Virus record (IMG/VR): IMGVR_UViG_2526164599_000011 | Length of the DNA: 34,178 nt | Strand: one strand, 5' to 3' | Source: a virus | Taxonomy: Duplodnaviria; Heunggongvirae; Uroviricota; Caudoviricetes | Shown: positions 7,922 through 16,765 of the stretch, piece after piece | How positions within the stretch are numbered: position 1 is the first letter of the stretch | Layout: every line of letters begins with the position of its first letter | Notes under the pieces: generated by a model | Told to the model about the DNA's origin: nothing | Seen by the model: only the letters and a program-made list of their open reading frames with translations | Databases searched by the model: none | Made by a program: the position numbers and the translations under genes

Positions 7922-9029
7922 CACCTCTGCTATTTTTCTCTGCTATTTCAGAACCTATAAGCTTAATATGTTTATTGATTCTTCGTGCTACTTCATGAGC
8001 CTGTCTATCATACTCTACTGTGGCAACCATGCCTGCTGCATCTATCAAAGCCGCTTCAACTTGATAAAGTAACTGGAGAAAGTCCTTAGTAATATCAGAT
8101 GTCAATTGGTAGGCCACTGCGAGTGGAGCCCCCATTCGGAATTGCTCCAATGCCTTAGGGCTACTAACAACAGCAGCTAATTCTCTTAAATTACGTGACT
8201 CTCCAACACGAGTTTTTTTATCCTCACCTTTTTTATATAACCACTCAGTTAGCTCTTTTATTTCTTTGTTCTTTAAGCTATTAGAGTTGATAATAGGATG
8301 ACTTGGTATTGTGTCTCCATCGTCTTCGATTGAAACTCCGACAAATTGGCCTAACCGCTCATCAGCAAGTGCTGTTGATAATACTGAAAATTTAATCGTT
8401 TCTTCATCTAGTTTTTCAATACCATAAAAATCATTTTCTTTAATGATTTCATACACCGCTAAAGCGTCTAGGTTACGCTTGATATGATCCCTACGACTGC
8501 CAATAGCTCTGGCAACCTCATAGTAGCGTAGCATCGGATCCTGATTTGCATTGGTATAATCAAAAAGCTGTTTAATATATCGAGCTTTTGATAAGGGCTC
8601 CCATTGTTTGACACCAGTAATATGTCTGAAACCAAGATACGGAAGAATCTCTTCTCTTGTTTGGCGCTCAATGACAGGAACACGATCGACTGTATGTTTT
8701 GCATTTGATGCAATTTCTCGTAGTCGAGCACTTGGATTTTCACATAGTGTCGGATCGCGTAATAATTTAACTGCGGATAGGCGACGGTTTCCTTCAACTA
8801 CAATGTACTTCCCCGGCGCGACACTGTCAGGAATGACAATCAATGGTTCTCCAGGGAAAAAACCATTTTCCGCAATAGCACTCATTAGATCTTCGATAGA
8901 TGTTGAGGTTGCTATGTAGTTAATCATTCCCAATTGGTCACGAGACACGCCTTCAGGAAGTCTTGGGTTTTCTGTGTCAAGTTCCAAATCATCTAGCGGA
9001 ACATAAAGTATTTCTGAATCAGCAATCAT
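7908..9029 (-). CDS. ParB/Srx-like N-terminal domain protein (ParB-type nuclease/NTPase fold), function unknown
   Basis: 373 aa; N-terminal ILYVPLDDLELDTENPR...GEPLIVIP...YIVVEGNRRLSAV matches the ParB box I / GxxRxxA box II pattern. SD GGAG 7-10 nt upstream of ATG at 9029. AT-rich; first gene of a two-gene leftward operon. Confidence 0.75.
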   Translation of the reverse strand: MIADSEILYVPLDDLELDTENPRLPEGVSRDQLGMINYIATSTSIEDLMSAIAENGFFPGEPLIVIPDSVAPGKYIVVEGNRRLSAVKLLRDPTLCENPSARLREIASNAKHTVDRVPVIERQTREEILPYLGFRHITGVKQWEPLSKARYIKQLFDYTNANQDPMLRYYEVARAIGSRRDHIKRNLDALAVYEIIKENDFYGIEKLDEETIKFSVLSTALADERLGQFVGVSIEDDGDTIPSHPIINSNSLKNKEIKELTEWLYKKGEDKKTRVGESRNLRELAAVVSSPKALEQFRMGAPLAVAYQLTSDITKDFLQLLYQVEAALIDAAGMVATVEYDRQAHEVARRINKHIKLIGSEIAEKNSRGDDDF

Positions 9030-9255
9030 CTGGATCTCCGTTGAACATGTCTACGAGAAGGAGCACAAAGTTATTTCATAACATGCAATATACTCATTCT
9101 GTAGCCATAAATGAATTATTCATGATGTAAGATTCGCGTTGATGTGCGTGAATTCGCAAGTAATTTTATAGCAAGGTTTGATTGGGTATCGTTAGCACTG
9201 GCGCGGTTTCAACGTATTCATGCACCTGCATTAAAACCGACCCATGAAGCGGGCG

Positions 9256-9274
9256 GGCGAGGCGGGGAAAGCAC
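9256..9274. other. Probable cos site (19-nt cohesive end of P2-type phages)
   Basis: GGCGAGGCGGGGAAAGCAC at 9256-9274 matches the P2 cohesive-end sequence as I recall it, and lies about 170 bp from the end of portal gene Q where P2 cos sits. Sequence identity is from memory and not verified. Confidence 0.6.
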
Positions 9275-9443
9275 TGCGCGCTGGCGGTGGTGCTGATTTT
9301 ATTTTTTCAGCGTCTGAGCGCGTCGTGATGGCGTTTAGATTGTTAGCCGGGGCGTTGGTGTGTCTGCGGGCTGTTTTGTGCGGTGGTGAGCGTGTGAGAG
9401 CGTGATGGCGGGTTGTAAAAAAGCCGCCCGCAGGCGGCGATGT

Positions 9444-10478
9444 TCAGCCGTTGTCAGTGTCCAGTGAGTAGTTTTTAAAGCGGATGACCTCCTGACCGAG
9501 CCAGCCGTTTATCTCGCGGATCCTGTCCTGTAACGGGATAAGTTCATTGCGGACAAAGACCTTTGCCACTTTCTCAATATCACCCAGCGACCCGACGTTC
9601 TCCGGCTTGCCACCCATCAACTGAAAGGGGATGCGGTGCGCGTCCAGCAGGTCAGCGGCGCTGGCTTTTTTGATATTAAAAAAATCGTCCTTCGTCGCCA
9701 CTTCACTGAGGGGGATAATTTTAATGCCGTCGGCTTTCCCCTGTGGGGCATAGAGAAACAGGTTTTTAAAGTTGTTGCGGCCTTTCGACTTGACCATGTT
9801 TTCGCGAAGCATTTCGATATCGTTGCGGTCCTGCACGGCATCGGTGACGTACATGATGTATCCGGCATGTGCGCCGTTTTCGTAATACTTGCGGCGGAAC
9901 AGCGTGGCCGACTCATTCAGCCAGGCAGAGTTAAGGGCGCTGAGATATTCCGGCAGACCGTACAGCTCCTGATTAATATCCGGCTCCAGCAGGTGAAACA
10001 CGGAGCCGGGCGCGAAAGGTGTCGGCTCGTTGAAAGACGGCACCCACCAGTAAACATCCTCCTCCACGCCACGACGGGTATATTTGGCCGGTGAGGTTTC
10101 CAGTCTGATGACCTTACCGGTGGTGCTGTAACGCTTTTCCAGAAACGCATTACCGAACACCAGAAAATCCAGCACAAAACGGCTGAAATCCTGCTGGGAA
10201 AGCCACGGGTGCGGGATAAACGTTGAAGCCAGAATATTACGTTTGACGTAAATCGGTGAGCTGTGATGCACGGCAGCACGCAGACTTTTTGCCAGGCCGG
10301 TAAAGCTGACCGGTGGCTCATACCATCTGCCGTTACTGATGCACTCGACGTAATCCAGAATGTCACGCCGGTCGAGTACCGGTACCGGCTCACCAAAGGT
10401 GAATGCCTCCATTTTCGGGGCGCTGGCGGTCATTGTTTTTGCCGCAGGTTGCGGTGTTTTCCCTTTTTTCTTGCTCAT
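9444..10478 (-). CDS. Q: Portal protein (P2 gpQ-like)
   Basis: 344 aa, identical in length to P2 gpQ; leftward, adjacent to cos, followed by the terminase large subunit with start/stop overlap at 10478-10480. Confidence 0.9.
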   Translation of the reverse strand: MSKKKGKTPQPAAKTMTASAPKMEAFTFGEPVPVLDRRDILDYVECISNGRWYEPPVSFTGLAKSLRAAVHHSSPIYVKRNILASTFIPHPWLSQQDFSRFVLDFLVFGNAFLEKRYSTTGKVIRLETSPAKYTRRGVEEDVYWWVPSFNEPTPFAPGSVFHLLEPDINQELYGLPEYLSALNSAWLNESATLFRRKYYENGAHAGYIMYVTDAVQDRNDIEMLRENMVKSKGRNNFKNLFLYAPQGKADGIKIIPLSEVATKDDFFNIKKASAADLLDAHRIPFQLMGGKPENVGSLGDIEKVAKVFVRNELIPLQDRIREINGWLGQEVIRFKNYSLDTDNG

Positions 10479-12250
10479 CAGTAAAACTCCAGAATGGTGG
10501 ATGTCAGCGGAGTGCTGATACCGGCGGTGAGTGGCTCATTTAACAGGGCGTGCATGGTCGCCCAGGCGAGGTCGGCGTGGCTGGCTTCCTCGCTGCGGCT
10601 GGCCTCATAGGTGGCACTGCGTCCGCTGCTGGTCATGGTCTTGCGGATAGCCATAAACGAGCTGGTGATGTCGGTGGCGCTGACGTCATATTCCAGACAG
10701 CCACGGCGGATAACGTCTTTTGCCTTGAGCACCATTGCGGTTTTCATTTCCGGCGTGTAGCGGATATCGCGCGCGGCGGGATAGAACGAGCGCACGAGCT
10801 GGAACACGCCGACACCGAGGCCGGTGGCATCAATTCCGATGTATTCGACGTTGTATTTCTCGGTGAGTTTGCGGATGGATTCAGCCTGAGTGGCAAAGTC
10901 CATGCCTTTCCACTGGTGACGCTCAAGGATCCTGAATTTGCCACCGGCCACCACCGGCGGTGCCAGTACCACGCATCCGGCGCTGTCGCCACGGTGTGAC
11001 GGGTCGTAACCAATCCATACCGGGCGGGAGCCGAACGGATTCGCGGCAAACGGCGCATAGTCTTCCCATTCTTCCAGCGTGTCGACCATGCAGCGTTGCA
11101 GCTCCTCGAACGGGAACACCGATGCCTTGTCGTCAACAAATTCACACATGAACAGGTTTTTAAAATCGTCGGCGCTGTTTTCACGTTTGAGCTGCTCAAT
11201 GTCGAACAGCGTGCAGCCGCCTTTCAGGGCATCCTCAATGGTGACAATCTGCCGCCACTGGCCGTCCGCACAGAGAAGACCTCCGGCAAGGGCGTTATGA
11301 CTGACGTCGATTTCCACGCGTTCGGCGGCGCTGGCGCGTCCCCGGTTGAACAGTTCACCCGACCAGAACGGGTAGGCGTCGTGCGCCAGCGTGGACGGGG
11401 TGGAGAAATAGGTCGAGCGCAGGTGACTCTGTGAGGCCATACCTGATGCCACCTTACGCAGTACCTGAAAATTCGGGATCCAGAAAATCTCGTCGACGTA
11501 CAGGTCGCCGTTATGGCTCTGTGCGGTGTTGGAGTTGGTGCCGAGAAAAATCAGTTTTGCGCCGTTATTGCCCAGGACAATCGGGTCACCGGTCAGGTCA
11601 ACGTCAACCAGTCGGGCAAAGGCGATGATGTATTCGCGGAACACATACGCCTGCGTTTTACTGGCCGACAGAAAAATCTGGTTATGACCGGTTTTCAGGG
11701 CGCGCAGCAGCGCCTCGCGGGAAAAATAAAACGTCGCGCCAATCTGGCGGGATTTCAGGATATCGCGGATGCGGTGCTCAAGCCCGGCGCGATACCAGTG
11801 CAACTGATATTCGAAAGACTGCTCAAAGAAAATCTGCTCCAGCTTTTCGATAGCCTCGTCGCTGAAAAAATTCTTTTTCGGTTTGCGCCGCCCGCCTTTG
11901 TTGCGGTTAGCGATGTTCGGATTAAGGTCTGCCTCGTTGCCGGTCTGGTTGTAGCGGTTTACCCGTGCCAGTCGTTCAATCTGGCGTCCGAGCAGGTCAA
12001 TTTCCTTGAAGTCACCGCCGGTTTTCTGCGGTTTTATGATGAGCTGGGTCAGCCGCGCTTCCAGACTCATTTCGACACGGCTGATGGGGGCAACGCTGTC
12101 CCAGCCGTCGCGCTGTTTCCAGCTCTGCACCGTCGGGCGTTTCATCTGCAACATGGCGGCAATCTGCGGCACGGAAAACCCCTGCCAGTACAGCAGCGCC
12201 GCCTGACGACGCGGGTCGTGTAAAAGAGTGGTGTCTGTGGTGATGGTCAT
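10478..12250 (-). CDS. P: Terminase large (ATPase) subunit (P2 gpP-like)
   Basis: ORF runs to 12280 (TTG); first ATG at 12250 gives 590 aa, the length of P2 gpP. Divergent from capsid scaffold gene O. Confidence 0.85.
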   Translation of the reverse strand: MTITTDTTLLHDPRRQAALLYWQGFSVPQIAAMLQMKRPTVQSWKQRDGWDSVAPISRVEMSLEARLTQLIIKPQKTGGDFKEIDLLGRQIERLARVNRYNQTGNEADLNPNIANRNKGGRRKPKKNFFSDEAIEKLEQIFFEQSFEYQLHWYRAGLEHRIRDILKSRQIGATFYFSREALLRALKTGHNQIFLSASKTQAYVFREYIIAFARLVDVDLTGDPIVLGNNGAKLIFLGTNSNTAQSHNGDLYVDEIFWIPNFQVLRKVASGMASQSHLRSTYFSTPSTLAHDAYPFWSGELFNRGRASAAERVEIDVSHNALAGGLLCADGQWRQIVTIEDALKGGCTLFDIEQLKRENSADDFKNLFMCEFVDDKASVFPFEELQRCMVDTLEEWEDYAPFAANPFGSRPVWIGYDPSHRGDSAGCVVLAPPVVAGGKFRILERHQWKGMDFATQAESIRKLTEKYNVEYIGIDATGLGVGVFQLVRSFYPAARDIRYTPEMKTAMVLKAKDVIRRGCLEYDVSATDITSSFMAIRKTMTSSGRSATYEASRSEEASHADLAWATMHALLNEPLTAGISTPLTSTILEFY

Positions 12251-12423
12251 GAATACCTCGCCGTGATGAATACACGGCAAGGCTACTGAGTCGTGCCCTG
12301 CGATTCGCTAAGGTGCTGTTGTGTCAGTGATAAGCCATCCGGGACTGATGGCGGAGGATGCGCATCGTCGGGAAACTGATGCCGACATGTGACTCCTCTA
12401 ATCACTATTCAGGACTCCTGACA
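12251..12423. promoter_or_regulatory. Divergent late promoter region (expected Ogr-dependent P-leftward and O-rightward promoters)
   Basis: Position only: intergenic region between divergent P and O, as in P2. I could not find an unambiguous TGT-N12-ACA activator site by eye. Confidence 0.35.
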
Positions 12424-13278
12424 ATGGCAAAAAAAGTCTCAAAATTCTTTCGTATCGGCGTTGAGGGTGACACCTGTGACGGGCGTGTCATCAGTGCGCA
12501 GGATATTCAGGAAATGGCCGAAACCTTTGACCCGCGTGTCTATGGTTGCCGCATTAACCTGGAACATCTGCGCGGCATCCTGCCTGACGGCATTTTTAAA
12601 CGTTATGGCGATGTGGTCGAACTGAAGGCCGAAAAGATTGACGATGATTCGGCGCTGAAAGGCAAATGGGCGCTGTTTGCGAAAATCACCCCGACCGATG
12701 ACCTTATCGCGATGAACAAGGCCGCGCAGAAGGTCTATACCTCAATGGAAATTCAGCCGAACTTTGCCAATACCGGCAAATGTTATCTGGTGGGTCTGGC
12801 CGTCACCGATGACCCGGCAAGCCTCGGCACGGAATACCTGGAATTCTGCCGCACGGCAAAACACAACCCCCTGAACCGCTTCAAATTAAGCCCTGAAAAC
12901 CTGATTTCAGTGGCAACGCCCGTTGAGCTGGAATTTGAAGACCTGCCTGAAACCGTGTTCACCGCCCTGACCGAAAAGGTGAAATCCATTTTTGGCCGCA
13001 AACAGGCCAGTGATGACGCCCGTCTGAATGACGTGCATGAAGCGGTGACCGCTGTTGCTGAACATGTGCAGGAAAAGCTGAGTGCCACTGAGCAGCGCCT
13101 CGCTGAGATGGAAACCGCTTTTTCCGCACTTAAGCAGGATGTGACTGACAGGGCGGATGAAACCAGCCAGGCATTCACCCGCCTGAAAAACAGTCTCGAC
13201 AGCACCGAAAGTCTGACCCAGCAGCGCCGCAGCAAGGCCACCGGCGGTGGCGGTGATGCCCTGATGACGAACTGCTGA
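12424..13278 (+). CDS. O: Capsid scaffolding protein (P2 gpO-like)
   Basis: ATG at 12424 gives 284 aa (P2 gpO 284 aa); coiled-coil-like C-terminal half; precedes the major capsid gene. Confidence 0.85.
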   Translation: MAKKVSKFFRIGVEGDTCDGRVISAQDIQEMAETFDPRVYGCRINLEHLRGILPDGIFKRYGDVVELKAEKIDDDSALKGKWALFAKITPTDDLIAMNKAAQKVYTSMEIQPNFANTGKCYLVGLAVTDDPASLGTEYLEFCRTAKHNPLNRFKLSPENLISVATPVELEFEDLPETVFTALTEKVKSIFGRKQASDDARLNDVHEAVTAVAEHVQEKLSATEQRLAEMETAFSALKQDVTDRADETSQAFTRLKNSLDSTESLTQQRRSKATGGGGDALMTNC

Positions 13279-13336
13279 CCGGCGTCAGTCAGTCCGGGAA
13301 AACCTTCACGATTAACCCTTAATTTCAGGAAAAACT

Positions 13337-14410
13337 ATGCGCCAGGAAACCCGCTTTAAATTTAATGCCTACCTGTCCCGTGTTGCCGAACTGAACGGCA
13401 TCGACGCCGGTGATGTGTCGAAAAAATTCACCGTTGAACCGTCGGTCACCCAGACCCTGATGAACACCATGCAGGAGTCCTCTGACTTTCTGACCCGCAT
13501 CAACATTGTGCCGGTCAGCGAAATGAAAGGGGAAAAAATTGGTATTGGTGTCACCGGCTCCATCGCCAGCACCACCGACACCGCCGGTGGCACCGAGCGT
13601 CAGCCGAAGGACTTCTCGAAGCTGGCGTCAAACAAGTACGAATGCGACCAGATTAACTTCGATTTTTATATCCGCTACAAAACGCTTGACCTGTGGGCGC
13701 GTTATCAGGATTTCCAGCTCCGTATCCGTAACGCCATTATCAAACGCCAGTCCCTTGATTTCATCATGGCCGGTTTTAACGGCGTGAAGCGTGCCGAAAC
13801 CTCTGACCGCAACAGCAATCCGATGTTGCAGGATGTGGCGGTCGGCTGGCTGCAGAAATACCGCAATGAAGCCCCGGCGCGCGTGATGAGCAAGGTCACT
13901 GACGAGGAAGGGCGCACCACCTCTGAGGTTATCCGCGTGGGTAAGGGCGGTGATTATGCCAGCCTTGACGCACTGGTGATGGATGCGACCAACAACCTGA
14001 TTGAACCGTGGTATCAGGAAGACCCTGACCTTGTGGTGATTGTGGGACGTCAGCTACTGGCGGACAAATATTTCCCCATCGTCAACAAGGAGCAGGACAA
14101 CAGCGAAATGCTGGCCGCTGACGTCATCATCAGCCAGAAACGCATCGGTAACCTGCCGGCGGTACGCGTCCCGTACTTCCCGGCGGATGCGATGCTCATC
14201 ACGAAGCTGGAAAACCTGTCCATCTACTACATGGATGACAGCCATCGCCGCGTGATTGAGGAAAACCCGAAACTCGACCGCGTGGAGAACTACGAGTCAA
14301 TGAACATTGATTACGTGGTGGAAGACTACGCCGCCGGTTGTCTGGTGGAAAAAATTAAGGTCGGTGATTTCTCCACACCGGCTAAGGCGACCGCAGAGCC
14401 GGGAGCGTAA
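13337..14410 (+). CDS. N: Major capsid protein (P2 gpN-like)
   Basis: 357 aa, the length of P2 gpN; position O-N-M. Confidence 0.9.
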   Translation: MRQETRFKFNAYLSRVAELNGIDAGDVSKKFTVEPSVTQTLMNTMQESSDFLTRINIVPVSEMKGEKIGIGVTGSIASTTDTAGGTERQPKDFSKLASNKYECDQINFDFYIRYKTLDLWARYQDFQLRIRNAIIKRQSLDFIMAGFNGVKRAETSDRNSNPMLQDVAVGWLQKYRNEAPARVMSKVTDEEGRTTSEVIRVGKGGDYASLDALVMDATNNLIEPWYQEDPDLVVIVGRQLLADKYFPIVNKEQDNSEMLAADVIISQKRIGNLPAVRVPYFPADAMLITKLENLSIYYMDDSHRRVIEENPKLDRVENYESMNIDYVVEDYAAGCLVEKIKVGDFSTPAKATAEPGA

Positions 14411-14413
14411 CCG

Positions 14414-15157
14414 ATGACGAGTCCCGCACAGCGCCACATGATGCGGGTCTCGGCAGCGATGACCGCGCAGCGGGAAGTCGCCCCGCTGCGACATGCAACT
14501 GTCTATGAGCAGATGCTGGTTAAGCTCGCCGCAGACCAGCGCACACTGAAAGCGATTTATTCAAAAGAGCTGAAGGCCGCGAAAAAACGCGAACTGCTGC
14601 CGTTCTGGTTGCCGTGGGTGAACGGCGTGCTGGAGCAGGGCAAAGGTGCACAGGATGACATTCTGATGACGGTCATGCTGTGGCGTCTGGATACCGGCGA
14701 TATTGCCGGTGCGCTGGAGATTGCCCGTTATGCCCTGAAGTACGGTCTGACCATGCCGGGTAAACACCGCCGCACCCCGCCGTACATGTTCACCGAGGAG
14801 GTGGCGCTCGCGGCCATGCGTGCTCACGCTGCCGGTGAGTCTGTGGATACCCGCCTGCTGACGGAGACCCTTGAACTGACCGCCACGGCTGACATGCCTG
14901 ATGAAGTGCGCGCAAAGCTGCACAAAATCACCGGTCTGTTTCTGCGTGACGGTGGTGATGCCGCAGGGGCGCTGGCGCACCTGCAACGTGCGACACAGCT
15001 CGACTGTCAGGCAGGCGTCAAAAAAGAGATTGAACGACTGGAGCGGGAGCTGAAACCGAAGCCGGAGCCGCAGCCCAAAGCGGCCACCCGTACCCCGCGT
15101 AAGACCCGGAGCGTGACACCGGCAAAACGTGGACGCCCGAAAAAGAAAGCCAGTTAA
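14414..15157 (+). CDS. M: Terminase small / endonuclease subunit (P2 gpM-like)
   Basis: 247 aa (P2 gpM 247 aa); basic C-terminal tail (RTPRKTRSVTPAKRGRPKKKAS). Confidence 0.85.
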   Translation: MTSPAQRHMMRVSAAMTAQREVAPLRHATVYEQMLVKLAADQRTLKAIYSKELKAAKKRELLPFWLPWVNGVLEQGKGAQDDILMTVMLWRLDTGDIAGALEIARYALKYGLTMPGKHRRTPPYMFTEEVALAAMRAHAAGESVDTRLLTETLELTATADMPDEVRAKLHKITGLFLRDGGDAAGALAHLQRATQLDCQAGVKKEIERLERELKPKPEPQPKAATRTPRKTRSVTPAKRGRPKKKAS

Positions 15158-15256
15158 CAACCGAATGCGCCCCGCGCCAGGGCGGCACGCCGGTCAGTGA
15201 GGGTGAATCACCTGACACTGCACCGGCGTCCACCGCCCGACTTTTCAGAGGTGGTC

Positions 15257-15766
15257 ATGATGACGCTGATTATTCCGCGAAAGGAGGCTCCCGTGTCCGG
15301 TGAGGGTACGGTGGTCATCCCGCAACCGGCAGGCGACGAGCCGGTGATTAAAAACACGTTCTTTTTTCCCGATATCGACCCGAAGCGCGTCCGGGAACGT
15401 ATGCGCCTTGAGCAGACCGTCGCCCCCGCCCGTCTGCGTGAGGCTATCAAGTCAGGCATGGCGGAGACAAATGCGGAGCTGTACGAGTATCGCGAACAGA
15501 AAATTGCCGCCGGTTTTACGCGTCTGGCGGACGTCCCGGCGGACGACATCGACGGTGAAAGCATCAAAGTTTTTTACTACGAGCGCGCCGTGTGTGCGAT
15601 GGCGACCGCGTCGCTTTATGAGCGTTATCGCGGCGTGGATGCCAGTGCGAAAGGCGACAAGAAGGCCGACAGCATTGACAGCACCATTGATGAACTGTGG
15701 CGGGATATGCGCTGGGCGGTGGCGCGTATCCAGGACAAGCCGCGCTGCATCGTGAGTCAAATCTGA
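15257..15766 (+). CDS. L: Head completion/stabilisation protein (P2 gpL-like)
   Basis: ATG at 15257 with SD AGAGGTGG gives 169 aa (P2 gpL 169 aa); stop overlaps the X start (TGATG at 15764-15768). Confidence 0.85.
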   Translation: MMTLIIPRKEAPVSGEGTVVIPQPAGDEPVIKNTFFFPDIDPKRVRERMRLEQTVAPARLREAIKSGMAETNAELYEYREQKIAAGFTRLADVPADDIDGESIKVFYYERAVCAMATASLYERYRGVDASAKGDKKADSIDSTIDELWRDMRWAVARIQDKPRCIVSQI

Positions 15767-15969
15767 TGAAGACCTTTGCGCTACAGGGCGACACGCTCGA
15801 CGCCATTTGTGTCCGGTATTACGGGCGCACTGAGGGCGTGGTTGAGACCGTGCTCGCCGCAAATCCGGGACTGGCTGAACTGGGTGCGGTGCTGCCACAC
15901 GGCACCGCCGTCGAACTGCCCGACGTTCAGACCGCGCCCGTGGCTGAAACTGTCAATCTGTGGGAGTAA
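15766..15969 (+). CDS. X: Tail protein X (LysM-like, P2 gpX-like)
   Basis: 67 aa from ATG 15766 (P2 gpX 67 aa); immediately precedes the holin. Confidence 0.8.
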   Translation: MKTFALQGDTLDAICVRYYGRTEGVVETVLAANPGLAELGAVLPHGTAVELPDVQTAPVAETVNLWE

Positions 15970-15972
15970 CGC

Positions 15973-16254
15973 ATGACAGCAGAAGAAAAAAGCGTCCTGT
16001 CGCTTTTCATGATTGGGGTGCTGATTGTTGTCGGCAAGGTGCTTGCCGGTGGTGAACCCATCACCCCGCGTCTGTTTATCGGGCGCATGTTGCTCGGCGG
16101 TTTTGTCTCGATGGTTGCCGGTGTTGTTCTGGTGCAGTTTCCTGACCTGTCACTGCCTGCGGTGTGCGGCATCGGTTCCATGCTGGGTATCGCCGGTTAT
16201 CAGGTGATTGAGATTGCCATTCAGCGCCGCTTTAAGGGCAGGGGGAAACCGTAA
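15973..16254 (+). CDS. Y: Holin (P2 gpY-like)
   Basis: 93 aa (P2 gpY 93 aa) with hydrophobic transmembrane segments (VLSLFMIGVLIVVGKVLAGG; VSMVAGVVLV). Confidence 0.85.
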   Translation: MTAEEKSVLSLFMIGVLIVVGKVLAGGEPITPRLFIGRMLLGGFVSMVAGVVLVQFPDLSLPAVCGIGSMLGIAGYQVIEIAIQRRFKGRGKP

Positions 16255-16751
16255 TGCCGGTAATTAACACGCATCAGAATATCGCCGCCTTTCTCGACAT
16301 GCTGGCCGTGTCCGAAGGGACGGCGAATCATCCGCTGACGAAAAACCGGGGCTATGACGTGATAGTCACCGGACTGGACGGAAAGCCGGAAATTTTCACC
16401 GACTACAGTGACCACCCGTTCGCGCATGGCCGACCGGCGAAGGTGTTTAACCGTCGCGGTGAAAAATCCACGGCCTCCGGTCGCTATCAGCAGCTTTACC
16501 TGTTCTGGCCGCACTACCGCAAACAGCTTGCCCTGCCGGATTTCAGTCCGTTGTCACAGGACAGGCTCGCCATTCAGTTGATCCGCGAACGCGGTGCACT
16601 GGATGACATCCGGGCGGGACGCATTGAGCGCGCCATTTCACGCTGTCGCAATATCTGGGCGTCCCTGCCGGGTGCCGGTTACGGTCAGCGTGAGCATTCA
16701 CTGGAAAAACTGGTCACCGTCTGGCGTACCGCCGGCGGCGTACCGGCTTAA
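16254..16751 (+). CDS. K: Endolysin, phage lysozyme family (P2 gpK-like)
   Basis: 165 aa (P2 gpK 165 aa); N-terminal FLDMLAVSEGT lysozyme-like catalytic region; start overlaps the holin stop. Confidence 0.85.
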   Translation: MPVINTHQNIAAFLDMLAVSEGTANHPLTKNRGYDVIVTGLDGKPEIFTDYSDHPFAHGRPAKVFNRRGEKSTASGRYQQLYLFWPHYRKQLALPDFSPLSQDRLAIQLIRERGALDDIRAGRIERAISRCRNIWASLPGAGYGQREHSLEKLVTVWRTAGGVPA

Positions 16752-16765
16752 ACGGAGTAAACACC

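Noticed and set aside
8468-8797. 109-aa ORF on the minus strand inside the ParB-like gene, and similar internal ORFs (8608-8919, 7440-7838, 7630-7842)
   Set aside because: They lie wholly inside a longer, motif-bearing ORF in other frames or on the other strand, with no independent start signals; likely shadow ORFs of an AT-rich region.
10550-12223. Several plus-strand ORFs (for example 11513-12223, 236 aa) antisense to the terminase and portal genes
   Set aside because: GC-rich antisense frames commonly stay open by chance. The minus-strand ORFs match P2 gpP/gpQ in length and order, so these are shadow ORFs.
12250-12280. TTG at 12280 as the terminase large subunit start (600 aa)
   Set aside because: The in-frame ATG at 12250 gives 590 aa, the length of P2 gpP; the TTG extension is unsupported.
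12251-12423. Search for Ogr-type TGT-N12-ACA late-promoter activator sites, also upstream of V (18625-18690) and FI (26343-26437)
   Set aside because: I could not find an unambiguous match by eye, so no specific site is annotated. A position-weight-matrix scan is needed.
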